This document shows, piece after piece, positions 1 to 10,232 of a DNA stretch of 64,000 nt (within the stretch, counting starts at the first letter, position 1; each line of letters opens with the position of its first letter). The position numbers and the translations under genes are program-made. Source of the DNA: an uncultured bacterium (GTDB lineage: Bacteria; Actinomycetota; Acidimicrobiia; Acidimicrobiales; VFJN01); assembly GCA_963813485.1 (NCBI GenBank), contig CAWEZE010000017.1, forward strand, positions 65,919 to 129,918, in the 5' to 3' direction. A model generated the notes under the pieces. The model was not told where the DNA came from and did not search any database. It was given only the letters and a program-made list of their open reading frames with translations.

Positions 1-2
1 AC

Positions 3-224
3 GGTGCTTGGGACAAGTACATCCAGGACTTCGCCGAGAAGCTTACGATCGCCTTCGATGCGGTCTTTCCCCATATCGTTGGCGCGCCGCCCACCCCAGT
101 AGCAAAGAACGCCCCGGCGTTCCATAAGTGGGCCTTGGAGAACAACTATCCGTCCATCGGCTTCTACAGCGCCTATCCGGGCCTCGGGGTGCTAGATATT
201 CGAGCCCTGCTCGCCGATCGCTAG
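3..224 (+). CDS. 3' end of an unidentified protein-coding gene (5'-partial at window edge)
   Basis: Frame +3 is open from the window edge to TAG at 222-224. It gives a non-repetitive peptide: ...GAWDKYIQDFAEKLTIAFDAVFPHIVGAPPTPVAKNAPAFHKWALENNYPSIGFYSAYPGLGVLDIRALLADR*. It is absent from the ORF track only because there is no start codon in the window. No family recognised. Confidence 0.45.
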   Translation, partial: GAWDKYIQDFAEKLTIAFDAVFPHIVGAPPTPVAKNAPAFHKWALENNYPSIGFYSAYPGLGVLDIRALLADR

Positions 225-260
225 TCACACACGACGACGACTTGATGGTCTTGGTGTCAG

Positions 261-1808
261 ATGGCCTCGGGGCTTGTCCACCGGTCGCTTCCTCGACAGC
301 GTCATGACCGCCGAGAGATCGAAGGCGATTCGGAGGACCTGAAGGGGTCCGCGCTCGATCTCGCGGACATTCAGGGGTTCGTTCTCCGCGGTTACAGCAT
401 GCCGATGGTGCGGCACTTCTTGTTGGCGGTAGGGGCTCCGTCACAAGCGCGCAGGCAGCTCGGACGGCTCGTGAGCGGCGACGAATCCGAGACCCCACAG
501 ATCACCACTGCCGAGGACTGGCACGTTGGATTCGCGCCCGGACCGGGAGACAATCCCGCCGATGCCCCGCGTCGCACGCCGGACTATTGCCTCAACATCG
601 GTATCACCTGGCTCGGACTGATTGCGCTAGAGGTTCAGGAACGCGTCCCAAAGCTGTCGTTCAAGTCATTTGGCGCCTTCGTCGAAGGAGCCGCGGAACG
701 AGCGGAGCTCGTTGGAGATACCGGTGAGAGTTCGCCCGAGAACTGGATCGGCGGCTTCGGAACGGGGAACGATCACGTGCTTGTCACGCTGCACGCCATC
801 AGCCCGGAGGCGATGGCGACGTACAGCGACCGGTTGATCACCTGGTTTTCCGAGCGAGGCGCCTTTCGGGAGATCTGGCGCCAGGATGGGATGGCGTTGA
901 TGGAGATGCAGAATGGCCAACCCGTACCGACCTTCAAAGTCCACTTCGGCTATACCGACGGCCTCACCACGCCCACCATTCGCGGCGGCCCGGAGAGTTA
1001 TCAACCCGATCACCAGCAGCCGTGTGAGCCATGGCTGTTCGTCCTGCGCGAAGACGCTGGGAACTACGTGGTACCCGAGCCACGAGCTCTGGGGCGGAAC
1101 GGCAGCTTCGCCGTCTTCAAGAAGGTCGAGACGGACGTCGTTGGCTTTGAAGACTTCTTGCAGTCGAACCGAGACAAGATCGATCCGGAACTACTGGCCG
1201 CAAAGCTGTGCGGGCGGTGGCGCAATGGCGTTCCCCTCGCCTTGTCACCCGAGACAGATAGCCCTGCGGGAGGGATCTCACCCGAACAGTTGAACGATTT
1301 CGAGTATGTCGCTTCGGATGGTGCGGGTGATCCGAAGGGGATCCGCTGCCCTGTCGGCGCGCACATACGCCGTGTCAATCCACGAGGCCAACCGGTCGTG
1401 GGCCAAGGGCGACCCGGCGGCAGCAACAACTCTCACCGGTTGATTCGCCGCGGGATGCCGTACGGACCGACCTACGATCCAGGGAAGCCGCACGATGGGG
1501 TCGAGCGCGGGATGCTCTTTCATTTCATCGGCTCCAACATCGAGAACCAGTATGAGTTCGTGCTGCGACGTTGGGTGAACGACAGCGAGTTCGCCGGGGG
1601 CGTCAGGCTCGACCCGAGGTCGAAGGATGCGCTGGTCGGCACCCAGGACCCGGCGGAGAGCATCTTCGTCATACCTCAGGCTGGTGGGCGTCCGCCGATC
1701 GAGGTAACAGGCTTCTCGAGCTTCGTGACGACCAGGGCCGCTGCGTACGTGTTTCTGCCGAGCATCACAGCCATCAGCCTCATCGCCAACTTGGGAGAAG
1801 GCCTGTGA
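261..1808 (+). CDS. Dyp-type (dye-decolorizing) heme peroxidase family protein, long form
   Basis: Uninterrupted 515-aa ORF with DyP-typical motifs: LDLADIQGFVLRGY near the N-terminus, GAHIRRVNPRG, RRGMPYG, GMLFHFIGSNIENQYEFVLRRWVN, and the C-terminal AAYVFLPS. The exact start is uncertain (no clear RBS before ATG 261). Confidence 0.85.
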   Translation: MASGLVHRSLPRQRHDRREIEGDSEDLKGSALDLADIQGFVLRGYSMPMVRHFLLAVGAPSQARRQLGRLVSGDESETPQITTAEDWHVGFAPGPGDNPADAPRRTPDYCLNIGITWLGLIALEVQERVPKLSFKSFGAFVEGAAERAELVGDTGESSPENWIGGFGTGNDHVLVTLHAISPEAMATYSDRLITWFSERGAFREIWRQDGMALMEMQNGQPVPTFKVHFGYTDGLTTPTIRGGPESYQPDHQQPCEPWLFVLREDAGNYVVPEPRALGRNGSFAVFKKVETDVVGFEDFLQSNRDKIDPELLAAKLCGRWRNGVPLALSPETDSPAGGISPEQLNDFEYVASDGAGDPKGIRCPVGAHIRRVNPRGQPVVGQGRPGGSNNSHRLIRRGMPYGPTYDPGKPHDGVERGMLFHFIGSNIENQYEFVLRRWVNDSEFAGGVRLDPRSKDALVGTQDPAESIFVIPQAGGRPPIEVTGFSSFVTTRAAAYVFLPSITAISLIANLGEGL

Positions 1809-2083
1809 TCCGCCACCGACTCGCCATCCGCCAGGCGGACCACCTTCCGGTCACCGCGCTGGGCGGCGATGAAGTCGAGCACGTCCACCGAACGCACCTC
1901 GAGCGGATCCCTCGCCACCACGCCGAAGAACGTCTTCAGATCGAACGCCGTCGCCCGCACCGTGTTCGGTCGGGCCCGTCCAGCCACGAACATCAGATAG
2001 CGATCCACCAGCGGGTGGCCCAGCTCATAGCGGACTCCGCCGGACGGATCGGCGGCACGGATCAAGCACGGAGACGACGTCAT
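1809..2083 (-). pseudogene. Tyrosine recombinase/integrase, N-terminal SAM-like core-binding fragment only
   Basis: MTSSPCLIRAADPSGGVRYELGHPLVDRYLMFVAGRARPNTVRATAFDLKTFFGVVARDPLEVRSVDVLDFIAAQRGDRKVVRLADGES matches the N-terminal domain of actinobacterial tyrosine recombinases. Similarity stops exactly where the DyP stop codon (1806-1808) lies. No catalytic domain follows. Confidence 0.6.
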
Positions 2084-2549
2084 CCCCGCACGCTCCCAGC
2101 CCCCGGTGAGATGCACGCGGATACCAGATGGATCACCCGTGTATTAGGCGATCTGTCGTGGCTCGACCAGACGGTCTCGGCCGCCCGAATCGGTGATCTG
2201 GACAGGCTGTAGGACGTGCCTCCGAAGCGCCCGGCGTCGGCGTCGGGATGCCGCCCAGAGCGATACTCGCCTCTGAGGCACGTGCCTGTCCCGGAAGCCA
2301 GGCCGGAGGATGGGCGAATCACTTCGCCCATGGCCACGTCAGCGTGAACGGCGACCCGCACACGCGACTGGTTGCCCCTGTTGCGGTGAGTCCACAGAGG
2401 TGCCAGCGAGACCGACCATGGCGAGCCGCTGGTGCTTATCCGGGTGCCTAACGGGTGCTTATGTAGGCGAACTAGACACGACGTCATGGACTCGCGGGAG
2501 GACAATGTCCTGCTAGACGGACTGAATGACACCGACTGGACGATCAGGA

Positions 2550-2598
2550 CTCGCCTTTGGAGCCGGTTGTTGCAGGTTCGAGCCCTGCCCCCCGAGCA
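2550..2598 (+). other. tRNA 3'-half remnant (anticodon arm, variable loop, T-arm, 3' acceptor strand); probable att-site scar
   Basis: GCAGG-TTCGAGC-CCTGC is a canonical T-arm (2572-2588), followed by a 7-nt acceptor strand CCCCCGA. It is preceded by a 5-nt variable loop and an imperfect anticodon stem-loop (CTCGC/CTTTGGA/GCCGG). No matching 5' acceptor strand or D-arm lies upstream, so this is not a complete tRNA gene. Confidence 0.5.
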
Positions 2599-2642
2599 AC
2601 AAAGGCGCTGCTATATAGCTCACAATCCGGCGGCAGTTGCGC

Positions 2643-3333
2643 ATCGACACCGCCATCTCGGGCAAGCGGGTGAAGACGACCAAGACTCGCAAGGAGCGTG
2701 GGATCTTCCTGGATGCCCAGACGGTTGCGATGCTGCAGCGCCCACTGTGAGCAGATGGACGAACGGGCTGAAGCGTGTGGCGTCGAGATCCGCTCGAACG
2801 GGTTCGTCTTCAGCCTGGATCCGGACTGTTCGCGGCCGATGCCCGCCGAGTACTTGACGCAGCGGGTCGCGGTGCTGAAGGAGCACGTGGGGATCTCGAA
2901 CGAGCCGCCCGAGACCGTCGAGCTGGAGGACGAGGCGTTGCGGCTGTTCCGCCAACCGGCCGCGCCACGACGACCGGGCCAGACGGGTCCCGCGCCCAAG
3001 GGCGGGATGTCGGTTCCCGAGATCGGGCGGCGGCTCGGCCGGTCCCGGCGCTGGGCGGAGCTGGCGGTGCGCTCGGCGCGGCGCCGGGAGGCCGCAGCGG
3101 CGGCCGGTGGAGTCGAGTACTTCGATGGCTCGATCTTGGCGCTGCGGAAGTTCACGTCCTCGGAGCTGCTCGACGCCGGGTTCAACATCAGCATGGTGGC
3201 TCAGCGCCAGGGCCACGGACCCCAGGTGGTCGTCAAGCACTACGCGAAAGCCCGGCCCTCGGCCGATCGCAAGGCGGCTGACCACTTGGGTCGGGTTGTC
3301 CACGGCGGGGCACGCCGGTCGACGCGGCGCTAG
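2643..3333 (+). pseudogene. Phage-type tyrosine integrase, N-terminally truncated and frameshifted
   Basis: Frame +3 from 2643 reads IDTAISGKRVKTTKTRKERGIFLDAQTVAMLQRPL* (stop at 2748). The reading then continues in frame +1: HCEQMDERAEACGVEIRSNGFVFSLDPDCSRPMPAEYLTQRV...LRKFTSSELLDAGFNISMVAQRQGHGPQVVVKHYAKA (catalytic C-terminal region). A stop lies just upstream of 2643, so about 150 N-terminal residues are missing. Confidence 0.7.
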
Positions 3334-3521
3334 GCCGGCGGTTGAAGCTCGGCCACAGAGTTCTCGATGATCCGTTGGATTCCGACTCGCGGGATCATGA
3401 TCCGCCGGCCGAGGCGGACGGCCGGGAGCTCGCCACACACGACGAGCTCGTAGGCGAACGCCCGGGACACCCCGAGCAGTTCGGCGGCTTCGCTGACTGT
3501 CAGGACAGGACGCTCATCCAC
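3330..3521 (-). CDS. xis: Excisionase-family helix-turn-helix DNA-binding protein (Xis/MerR-like)
   Basis: 63 aa: MDERPVLTVSEAAELLGVSRAFAYELVVCGELPAVRLGRRIMIPRVGIQRII. This is the classic excisionase-family HTH pattern (LTVxEAAxLLGVSxxxxYxLxxxGxLPxxRxGRRxxIP). It is intact and overlaps the integrase remnant 3' end by 4 nt, convergently. Confidence 0.85.
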   Translation of the reverse strand: MDERPVLTVSEAAELLGVSRAFAYELVVCGELPAVRLGRRIMIPRVGIQRIIENSVAELQPPA

Positions 3522-4629
3522 TGGACGGACCTCCGTTGTCGTGGTTCCCTGCTTGTCGAACTAGGCCCGTCAGCGCCGCGAGGGGTCGCGCCTGCTCCTG
3601 CGAGTTCCGTCAGCCCAGAGCGCGGACGAACAGAGCCGTCGCCAGCCGAGTCGTACTCCCACGATCAGACACCGATGGCCTCGATGTCGCACCGCAAATT
3701 TCGCGGGTGCGGGGTTGGAGGTAGCGGACGATGGCGTCGACGATCTTGGTCACCGCCCGGCCGGCGCGCCCAGCGGGTGATCGTGAACCTCACCGGGTCA
3801 CGCTCGGGGGACGGCCAGCAGGTGCCCCGCAGGGGCACCTGCAAGGGTGTGCGCGCCGGATCTGGGGGTCGGAGACGACGGGTCGGGCAGGGCGGGGGAC
3901 GATGTCGGAGGACGGCCGGGCGGTCGGGGGACGGTCATGGTTGCCGAAGGGCACGGGAGGGGCGCGGGGTTGGAGCTGGTGGTGGCGGGCGGTGATGTGG
4001 GCGATGTCGAGGGTGGCGTCGGTGTCGGGGGATCGGTCAGGCTGGGCGGCGGCCAGCTGGTCGAAGACGTGGCCCGGGCGGGCGCAGCTTCCGCGCCTTC
4101 AGCGGCGCCACCTGGGTACACACACCCAACTCGGTCAGCGCCATCCCGAGGCGCACCACGGGTTGGACGCCCATTTGGGCTGCTCGCTCAGGTGGTCGAT
4201 GAGCGAGCCCAGCTGCGGCCCACGACACAGCGGTCAAGCGGTGTCACGGCAGGCCCGGCAGGCGTTGGCAATCATGACGGGAGGACGGCAAGGGGAACGC
4301 TCGGGTGCACGTACGCGTGAATGGCGGTTGCAGGAGCACGTCAGGGGCGTCCGGTGGGGGACGAGGAGGTGAATGCCGAGGGGATCGCTGCGTGTTCATA
4401 TCGACGCAAGCGGGACAACTCCAAGTCCGGACCGGCGCCGTTTGGCGGTTGTCCGGTCCGGGAGTGGCGTCCACCGCTCTAGAGAACGCAGCCCACGGGC
4501 AGTCCGTCGCCGCCGCTCAACACAGATCGGATCCGCGACGGGTGGTCCCGTGGTGCGCGCGTGGCAACGAGTGCCATCAGATGGGACGCGGCGGCGTCGG
4601 TCTTGGCTGGAGCTATCGGCGCCTCGGCT

Positions 4630-5043
4630 TCAGGCGAGGGCGCTTCCGATGTCGTCGAACGCTGCGGCGAGCAGCTCAGAGTACAGCGGGTGGGGAGTTC
4701 AAGGCCGTCAAGCTCGTCCCTACGGAACCACCGCAATTCGCTGTCTCCTCCGGGGCCCGATTGGCGATGGCTCCCTCCCATTCGGTCACGAGCCAGATGG
4801 TGAGTTCGATCGGCACCGACTCGTCTTCGAGGTGTCGCCACCACTCACTTGTCGTGGATACGTCGACGCCGAGTTCTTCCTTGAGCTCTCGCCGAAGCGC
4901 CCCGGCGAGGCTTTCGTTTTGCTCGACATGTCCCCCGACCATGTCCCAGACGCCGGCGAACTGAGCTCGCGTCTCGTGCGATAGCCGAGCAGTACACGGC
5001 CGTCCTTGAAGACGAGTGCTCCGACCATGCGGTTCGAGGACAT
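4630..5043 (-). pseudogene. Nudix hydrolase, at least 3 frameshifts
   Basis: The pieces lie in three frames. (1) MSSNRMVGALVFKDGRVLLGYR. (2) ETRAQFAGVWDMVGGHVEQNESLAGALRRELKEELGVDV, which is the Nudix box GX5EX7REUXEEXGU, followed by ...EWEGAIANRAPEE. (3) SELRWFRRDELDGLELP, then PHPLYSELLAAAFDDIGSALA*. Shifts are near 4975, 4745 and 4700. Confidence 0.75.
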
Positions 5044-5215
5044 CACCCTTCCTGTCGGGTTCCGAGGAGCCGACAGCCCTCGCGGGTCCGCCGGCGGAGA
5101 ACCCTGCTAGGCGTCCGTCCGAGAGGGCATACGCGCCGCCGCAGTGAAGGAAGTCACCGAGCCCACACGAGTCCGTAGTGCCGAGAAGCTCGCATACACC
5201 ATGACCTATCGGCTC

Positions 5216-6050
5216 CTAGTCCTCGAAGACGGGATCGCGCTTCTCGAGCTGTGCCATCACGGCCTCGATCTGGTTCTTGCTCCCGAGGAGCGGCCTGATC
5301 GTCTCCCGCTCGTCTCGGAACTGCTCGGCGAGCGGCGCGTCCCTCGCCCGGTTCAGGGCTCTTGAGCCGCGATGGCCTGCGGGCTCCTGCGGGCGATCTC
5401 CTGAGCGAGCGCAACGCGTCGTCAAGCGGCGAGTCGCTGACTCGGGTCACGAGTCCGATCCGTGCCGCTTCGTCGGCCGAGACCATGCGGCCGGTGAATG
5501 AAAGCTCCTTGGCGACGTCCAAGCCCACGAGCAGCGGGAGCATCGCGGTGCCAGTCATGTCGGGCACGATCCCCCATCGGATCTCGAGCACCGAGAACCG
5601 AGCGTCGGGGGAAGCCAGCCGCATGTCCGCGCAGAGCGCGATCGGGCAGCCGCCACCGAGCGCGACGCCATGGACCGCGGCGATGACTGGGCACTGCAGC
5701 TCCTGCCACACATAGGCAGCCTGCTGCCCGAGGTGTGTGATACGGCCGTCAGTGTTGCCGATCTGGTGCAGGACGCTGTTGGACGGCTGGCTGTCCACGT
5801 CGCTGCCGGACATGGCTTGGAGGCTGCCGACGTCGAGCCCAGCGCAAAACCCTCGCCCCTCGCCGGACAAGACGACTGCGCGCAACTGGACGTTGTTGTG
5901 TTTCAGTTGCTCAACCCGCGTCGACCAGCGTGGTCGGAACATCGGCACGTCGAGCGTGTTGAGCTTGTCGGCGCGGTTTAGCCGGACGTCAGCTACGCCA
6001 CCATCGATCGAAACAGCTACCCGCTGGGTACTCAGAGAGGCGTGATCCAC
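5216..6050 (-). pseudogene. Enoyl-CoA hydratase/isomerase (crotonase) family, 2 frameshifts near the 3' end
   Basis: GTG at 6050 follows AAGGA. The product reads ...VAVSIDGGVADVRLNRADKLNTLD...LSGEGRGFCAGLD...AAVHGVALGGGCPIALCADMRLA...FSVLEIRWGIVPDMTGT. The C-terminus is recovered only by switching frame twice (about 5395 and 5350): ...PLDDAL/ALAQEIARRSPQAIAA/SRALNRARDAPLAEQFRDERETIRPLLGSKNQIEAVMAQLEKRDPVFED*. The longer 659-aa ORF upstream of 6050 is not credible coding sequence. Confidence 0.75.
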
Positions 6051-6748
6051 GCTACCGTCCTTGTTCGTTGACTTCCGGTCCTCGACGGGTGCCGACCGCA
6101 CCGTGGGCGATGCCCGGCTTTGACGTCGTCCCACGGCCGAGGGTGCGAAGATCGGCATGGAGAGCGCCTCGTGTCCCCGTGCCCTTCCGTGCCACCGGTT
6201 CACGCCCTCGTGCCGGCTGCGGGCGCGGCCGCCCGGCTCTCCGTGTTCGTCGAGCGACCGTCCGGCCGCGTACGTGAGTGTGTCTGTGGAACGAGACCTC
6301 GGGACAGGTGACCGGGTGCGGCGACCCAGTCCCACGAAATCCTTCATGGCAACTCCTGACTCGTCTCGGTCACCTACAGAGACGAGATAGGGCCTCCGCC
6401 TGTGACACTCCCCCAGGGACCTGACGACTGCAACCGACGATCCGCGAACATCGCGGTCAACGAACGGCGCTCGCGCCGAGATCAGCGCCTGTAGCGCCGG
6501 AGGAACCTGGGCTGTGACGCCAAAGGGGACGTACCGATTCTGGCGATCTGTCACCGCGCGACATGCCGCCGGACAAGCCTCACGGGTCAATGGCCACGGA
6601 GTCCTTTCCCGTCCATCTGGGACACGCGGCCGGGCGATACCGGACGGTTCTGGGACGCCAGGCGCGCATCGTGGAGCGGTCGAAAGTGGCACGTCTGTTC
6701 CGCAATCCCCGGCGGCGTGTTCACGCGAGCTGAGAACAGCGCCGACTG

Positions 6749-7015
6749 CTATCTGCCGGTGCGCTCGCGGTGCTTGCAGCCTGGCCAGCAGCAGGGCCGA
6801 CGCTGGCCTTCCTCCAGCTCCTCCTGGGTCCGGCGAATGCGGCGTTCTCGGGTCATCTCCTGCTTGGCATCCTCGACCCAGCAGATGAACTCGTTGCGGG
6901 CCAGAGGCGTGATGTCCTTCCAGGCATCGAGTGCCGTGGGGTTGGCGATCAGCGCCTTGCGCAGGTCTCCTGGAAGCTTGTGCACCACCCCACCGGGCAC
7001 TCGCGGGCTGCTCAC
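6749..7015 (-). CDS. YdeI/OmpD-associated family protein (DUF1801-related)
   Basis: 88 aa with VHKLPGDLRKALIANPTALDAWKDITPLARNEFICWVEDAKQEMTRERRIRRTQEEL, the typical YdeI C-terminal-domain pattern. Intact. Confidence 0.75.
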   Translation of the reverse strand: MSSPRVPGGVVHKLPGDLRKALIANPTALDAWKDITPLARNEFICWVEDAKQEMTRERRIRRTQEELEEGQRRPCCWPGCKHRERTGR

Positions 7016-7283
7016 ACGACCACGGTAGCGGGCAGGACGGCCCCTGCCGGGTGCGCGGAAATGCCCGTTCCATCGCGGACGCGGCTCGATGGCTGACCCG
7101 CTCGGTATCGCTCCGAATCGGCATCTGGGTCACGGCGACAGGCTGAGCACGCGGGCGTTATGGCGCGCCCGTACCCCGCACGCTCCTGCTCAAGAGGTCG
7201 CGCCCAGTCGTCCCCCGCCCTCAGCAGGTGTGAGCGGGGGCGATCAGGCAACCTGTTCCCGTGGAATGGGGAGCGGGTGAAGG

Positions 7284-7959
7284 ATGATCGAGGTCCACCG
7301 ACTCCACCTCGCGGATGTCACGCCGGCGCCGCACCTGCCTTGGGCTCGGCCAACGTTTCCGGTGTTTGCGTACCTAGTGCTGCACCCGGCGGGGCCAATC
7401 CTGGTCGACAGCGGTGTCGGTGTCGGAAACCCCTTCATCGACGAGCTGTACTCGCCGGTGCACTACGACCTCGACGAGGCGCTACGCGATCACGGGATCC
7501 GTGTCTACTACATCGAGACGGTCATCACCTCGCATCTTCATTTCGACCATTGCGGCCAGAACAACCGCTTCCCACACGCGAAGGTCTTCGTGCAAAGAGC
7601 TGAGGTCGAAGCAGCAAAGGCAGAGCTGTACACCGTGCCGGAATGGGCCTTCCCGCCGAAGGTCGAGCTCACCATCGTCGAAGGTGACCACGACGTGGTG
7701 ACCGGCGTCCGGGCGATCGCCCACCACCGTGGCACACACCTGGACACCAGTCGGCGGTCATCGACGATGACGATGACGGGCTCCGCACCATCCTGTGCTG
7801 CCAAGCTTCCTGGACGGCGAGCAGCTTCGACGAGGTCAGCCTCGGCGATGATGGCTGGGACGACGCCAAGGGCGCTGCATCTCTCAAGAAGTTCTCTGGC
7901 CCCTCGGTCCCAACTGTGTGTCGTTCAGCCACGACCCCCAGGCATGGCGGCCACTCTGA
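7284..7959 (+). pseudogene. MBL-fold metallo-hydrolase (N-acyl-homoserine-lactonase-like), at least 2 frameshifts
   Basis: ATG 7284 follows GAAGG. The metal-binding motif is SHLHFDHCG. After ...DHDVVTGVRAI the reading continues in another frame (PPWHTPGHQSAVIDDDDDGLRTILCCQASWTASSFDE...), with the shift near 7720. It ends in a third frame (FSHDPQAWRPL*, shift near 7915, stop 7957-7959). Confidence 0.7.
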
Positions 7960-8356
7960 GACATCGGCACGAGGTCGTGGAACCGGTGTCCGGGGTCGGG
8001 ACGCGATTGCGTGATCTGTCGCGCCCGATCGGCGACCAGAGCCGTCGATCGGTACGCGCTCGCCTGCACGTCGAAGTCGGTAGAGTGTGCTCGGCTGCTC
8101 TTCCGGAGGCGGGTTCTCGCGTTCTCGTCATGTGCGGGGTTGGCGGCGCACTCCGCCGGTACTCGCGCGTCTCCTGTGGGTGCCGGTGAGCGTGATTATC
8201 GAGTGGTCGGTCGAACGTCGCTTGCGCGGTCCAGGCCGTCGGAGTTCGGAGTGGATGGATGCTGCGAATCCTGGATCGACCCGAGCGCCAAGTTGCCTGG
8301 CGGCCGAGCTGACGCCTCTCGCCGTTAAGCCATCCGCCGGACGGTTTGCGGAGAGG

Positions 8357-9523
8357 TCAGCCATTCTCGCCGACGGACGCCATCGCTGCACGCAACGGTC
8401 ACCCAGCAGGGCGAGTCGCTCGACGGGCTCGTTGCTGAACACGAAGCGGACGTGACGATCTGCGATCTCGCCGCCCCAGCCGCGCATGGGGGTGGCCGCC
8501 ACCTTGTGCTCCAGCAGGCGGTCGGCGACCTCGACGCAGTCGTGCCCGAGCGCGGCGACGTCGACCAGAAGCGACCAGGCCCCTGTTGGGCGTACCACCG
8601 GCAGGCCGTCGAGTTCGCGGAGCATCGTGTTGCGCCGACGCTCGCATTCCGCGTTGGCGGCGGCCAGGTGGTCATCGGGCAACTCGAGGGCGACACGTGT
8701 CCCGATCTGGGCGAAGCCGCTGGGCACCAGACCGTTATAGATCTGGACCCGCGACACGTCGTTGACCAGCCCGCCCGGTGCGACCACCCAGCCGACCCGC
8801 CAGGCGATCATGCGCTGCTCCGACGACGGGGCGCCCACGGTCACGGTGCGATCGCGGATTCCAGGAAGCGCCGCCGGATGCCGGATCGGATGGCCGTCAA
8901 ACAGGACGCCTTCGAACCCCGCCCAGTACAGGAGCCACAGGTCTCGCTCCCGGCAGACCGACGCCACCGCCTCCCACTCCTCGTCGTTCGCCACCCAACC
9001 GGACGGGAACGACGCGTTGTTGACGAACACCACCCGCTGTGCGATCGGTCACCGTGGCCGGCAGTGCATCGACGTCGAGCCGCCACTCATCCCGGGCGAC
9101 CCGCAGCGGCACAAGCCGCGGGACCGCCCCCACCAGGCGAACCCGGTTGAGCATGCCGGCATAGGTCGGGTCAGTGAGGACGACCTCGTCCCCCGGATCG
9201 GTCAGGCAGAACAGCGCATCGAGCATCGCGTCGCCCTCACCGCTGGTAATCACGATCTCCCGGCGCCCGTCATACCGCGGCCCACCCCGACGCTCGATGT
9301 ACGCCGCCACCGCCCCCTTGAGATCATCGCGGCCCGTGAACGGCAGCCAACTGTTCGCCTCGTCCTCACCGAGCGCCGCCCGAGTGGCCTCTACCGCCTC
9401 GGCCGGCGGCGGGATGTCGGTGTCGAGGTTCTCCAAGCGCAGAACCTCCGGGTCGTCGGCGGCCGCCGCAGCGACCCGATCGATGCCGAAACCCGGGATG
9501 TGCTCGAGACGCCGGACGCTCAT
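8357..9523 (-). pseudogene. Class I/II pyridoxal-phosphate aminotransferase, at least 2 frameshifts
   Basis: The N-terminal part is MSVRRLEHIPGFGIDRVAAAAADDPEVLRLENLDTDIPPP...ITSGEGDAMLDALFCLTDPGDEVVLTDPTYAGM...ALPATVTDR. It continues after a shift near 9040 as QRVVFVNNASFPSGWV...IAWRVGWVVAP...RFVFSNEPVERLALLGDR. A further shift near 8395 gives a plausible end ...RAAMASVGENG* (stop 8357-8359). Confidence 0.7.
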
Positions 9524-9852
9524 CGGTCCCCTCCCCTCGTTCCACGGGAGAATCAAACCATGGTTACAGGCGACCGGCGGATGACAACGACGGGTCGCAC
9601 GGTGGCCGACCATCACCCGCCGACGAGCCGACGCGCCGAGTGATCGATGACCTCGACACGGTGCCGAGGCCGCAAAGGCAGACCCGTCTGATCAGCCAGC
9701 ACGAGGAGATTCCGCCGTCGCCGGGCCCCCGGCAGGATCGATCGGGTCCACCCGCCGTACCAGCGGCGGGCCGTGGCGGGCTGGTCTGCACGTATGCGTG
9801 GGGCGCTGTCTGTGTGGCGTCCGTCACACCTGCGCCTGATACATCAGCACGA

Positions 9853-10135
9853 TGTCGGAGACGACGGCCGAGCGGGGCCCGCCTGTTCGGTGCCGTGATC
9901 TCGCTCATCACCGAGGTCGCTGCCGTGGTGCGCCCGCGGGCACGGGGAGGCGATCACCTCCGGCCGCCGGTCACGGCATCGGCCGCGACCTGGAGGCCGC
10001 CGTCGACCTCCTCGCTCGGGAGACCGACGGGAACCCCTTTTTGCTCGTCGAGCTGTGGCTGCACCTCATCGACACCGCCCGGCTGGCCCGGCGCACGATC
10101 GGTGGACGGTGGTCCGGCCGCTGACCGACGCCGTT
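9853..10135 (+). pseudogene. Fragment of an ATPase-LuxR regulator gene: inverted partial copy of 12743-15796 with an internal deletion
   Basis: Two blocks are near-identical at nucleotide level to the reverse complement of the big LuxR gene. Block 9853-9920 matches 15273-15333 (ERARLFGAVISLITEVA). Block 9961-10130 matches 14851-15022 (AAGHGIGRDLEAAVDLLARETDGNPFLLVELWLHLIDT.RLARR...RWTVVRPLTD). About 255 nt between the blocks are missing, and one extra G breaks the frame. Confidence 0.85.
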
Positions 10136-10232
10136 GACCGCATCGCCTCCCCGTCTGCCGCCAGAGCTGCGGGAGCTGTTCCTGACCAAGGGCCGGGTCG
10201 CGGTCGCCCTCGACCGGCGAGCCTAACCGGGA

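Noticed and set aside
261-1808. The DyP peroxidase as a second cargo of the encapsulin at 26278-27087.
   Set aside because: It is 24 kb away. It is the long ~500-aa form rather than the short cargo-type DyP. Its C-terminus (…ISLIANLGEGL) lacks a recognisable cargo-loading peptide.
2490-2598. A complete tRNA gene ending at 2598.
   Set aside because: Only the anticodon arm, variable loop, T-arm and 3' acceptor strand can be drawn. The nearest possible 5' acceptor strand (TCGCGGG) would make a 104-nt molecule without a D-arm. I treat it as a partial att-type remnant instead.
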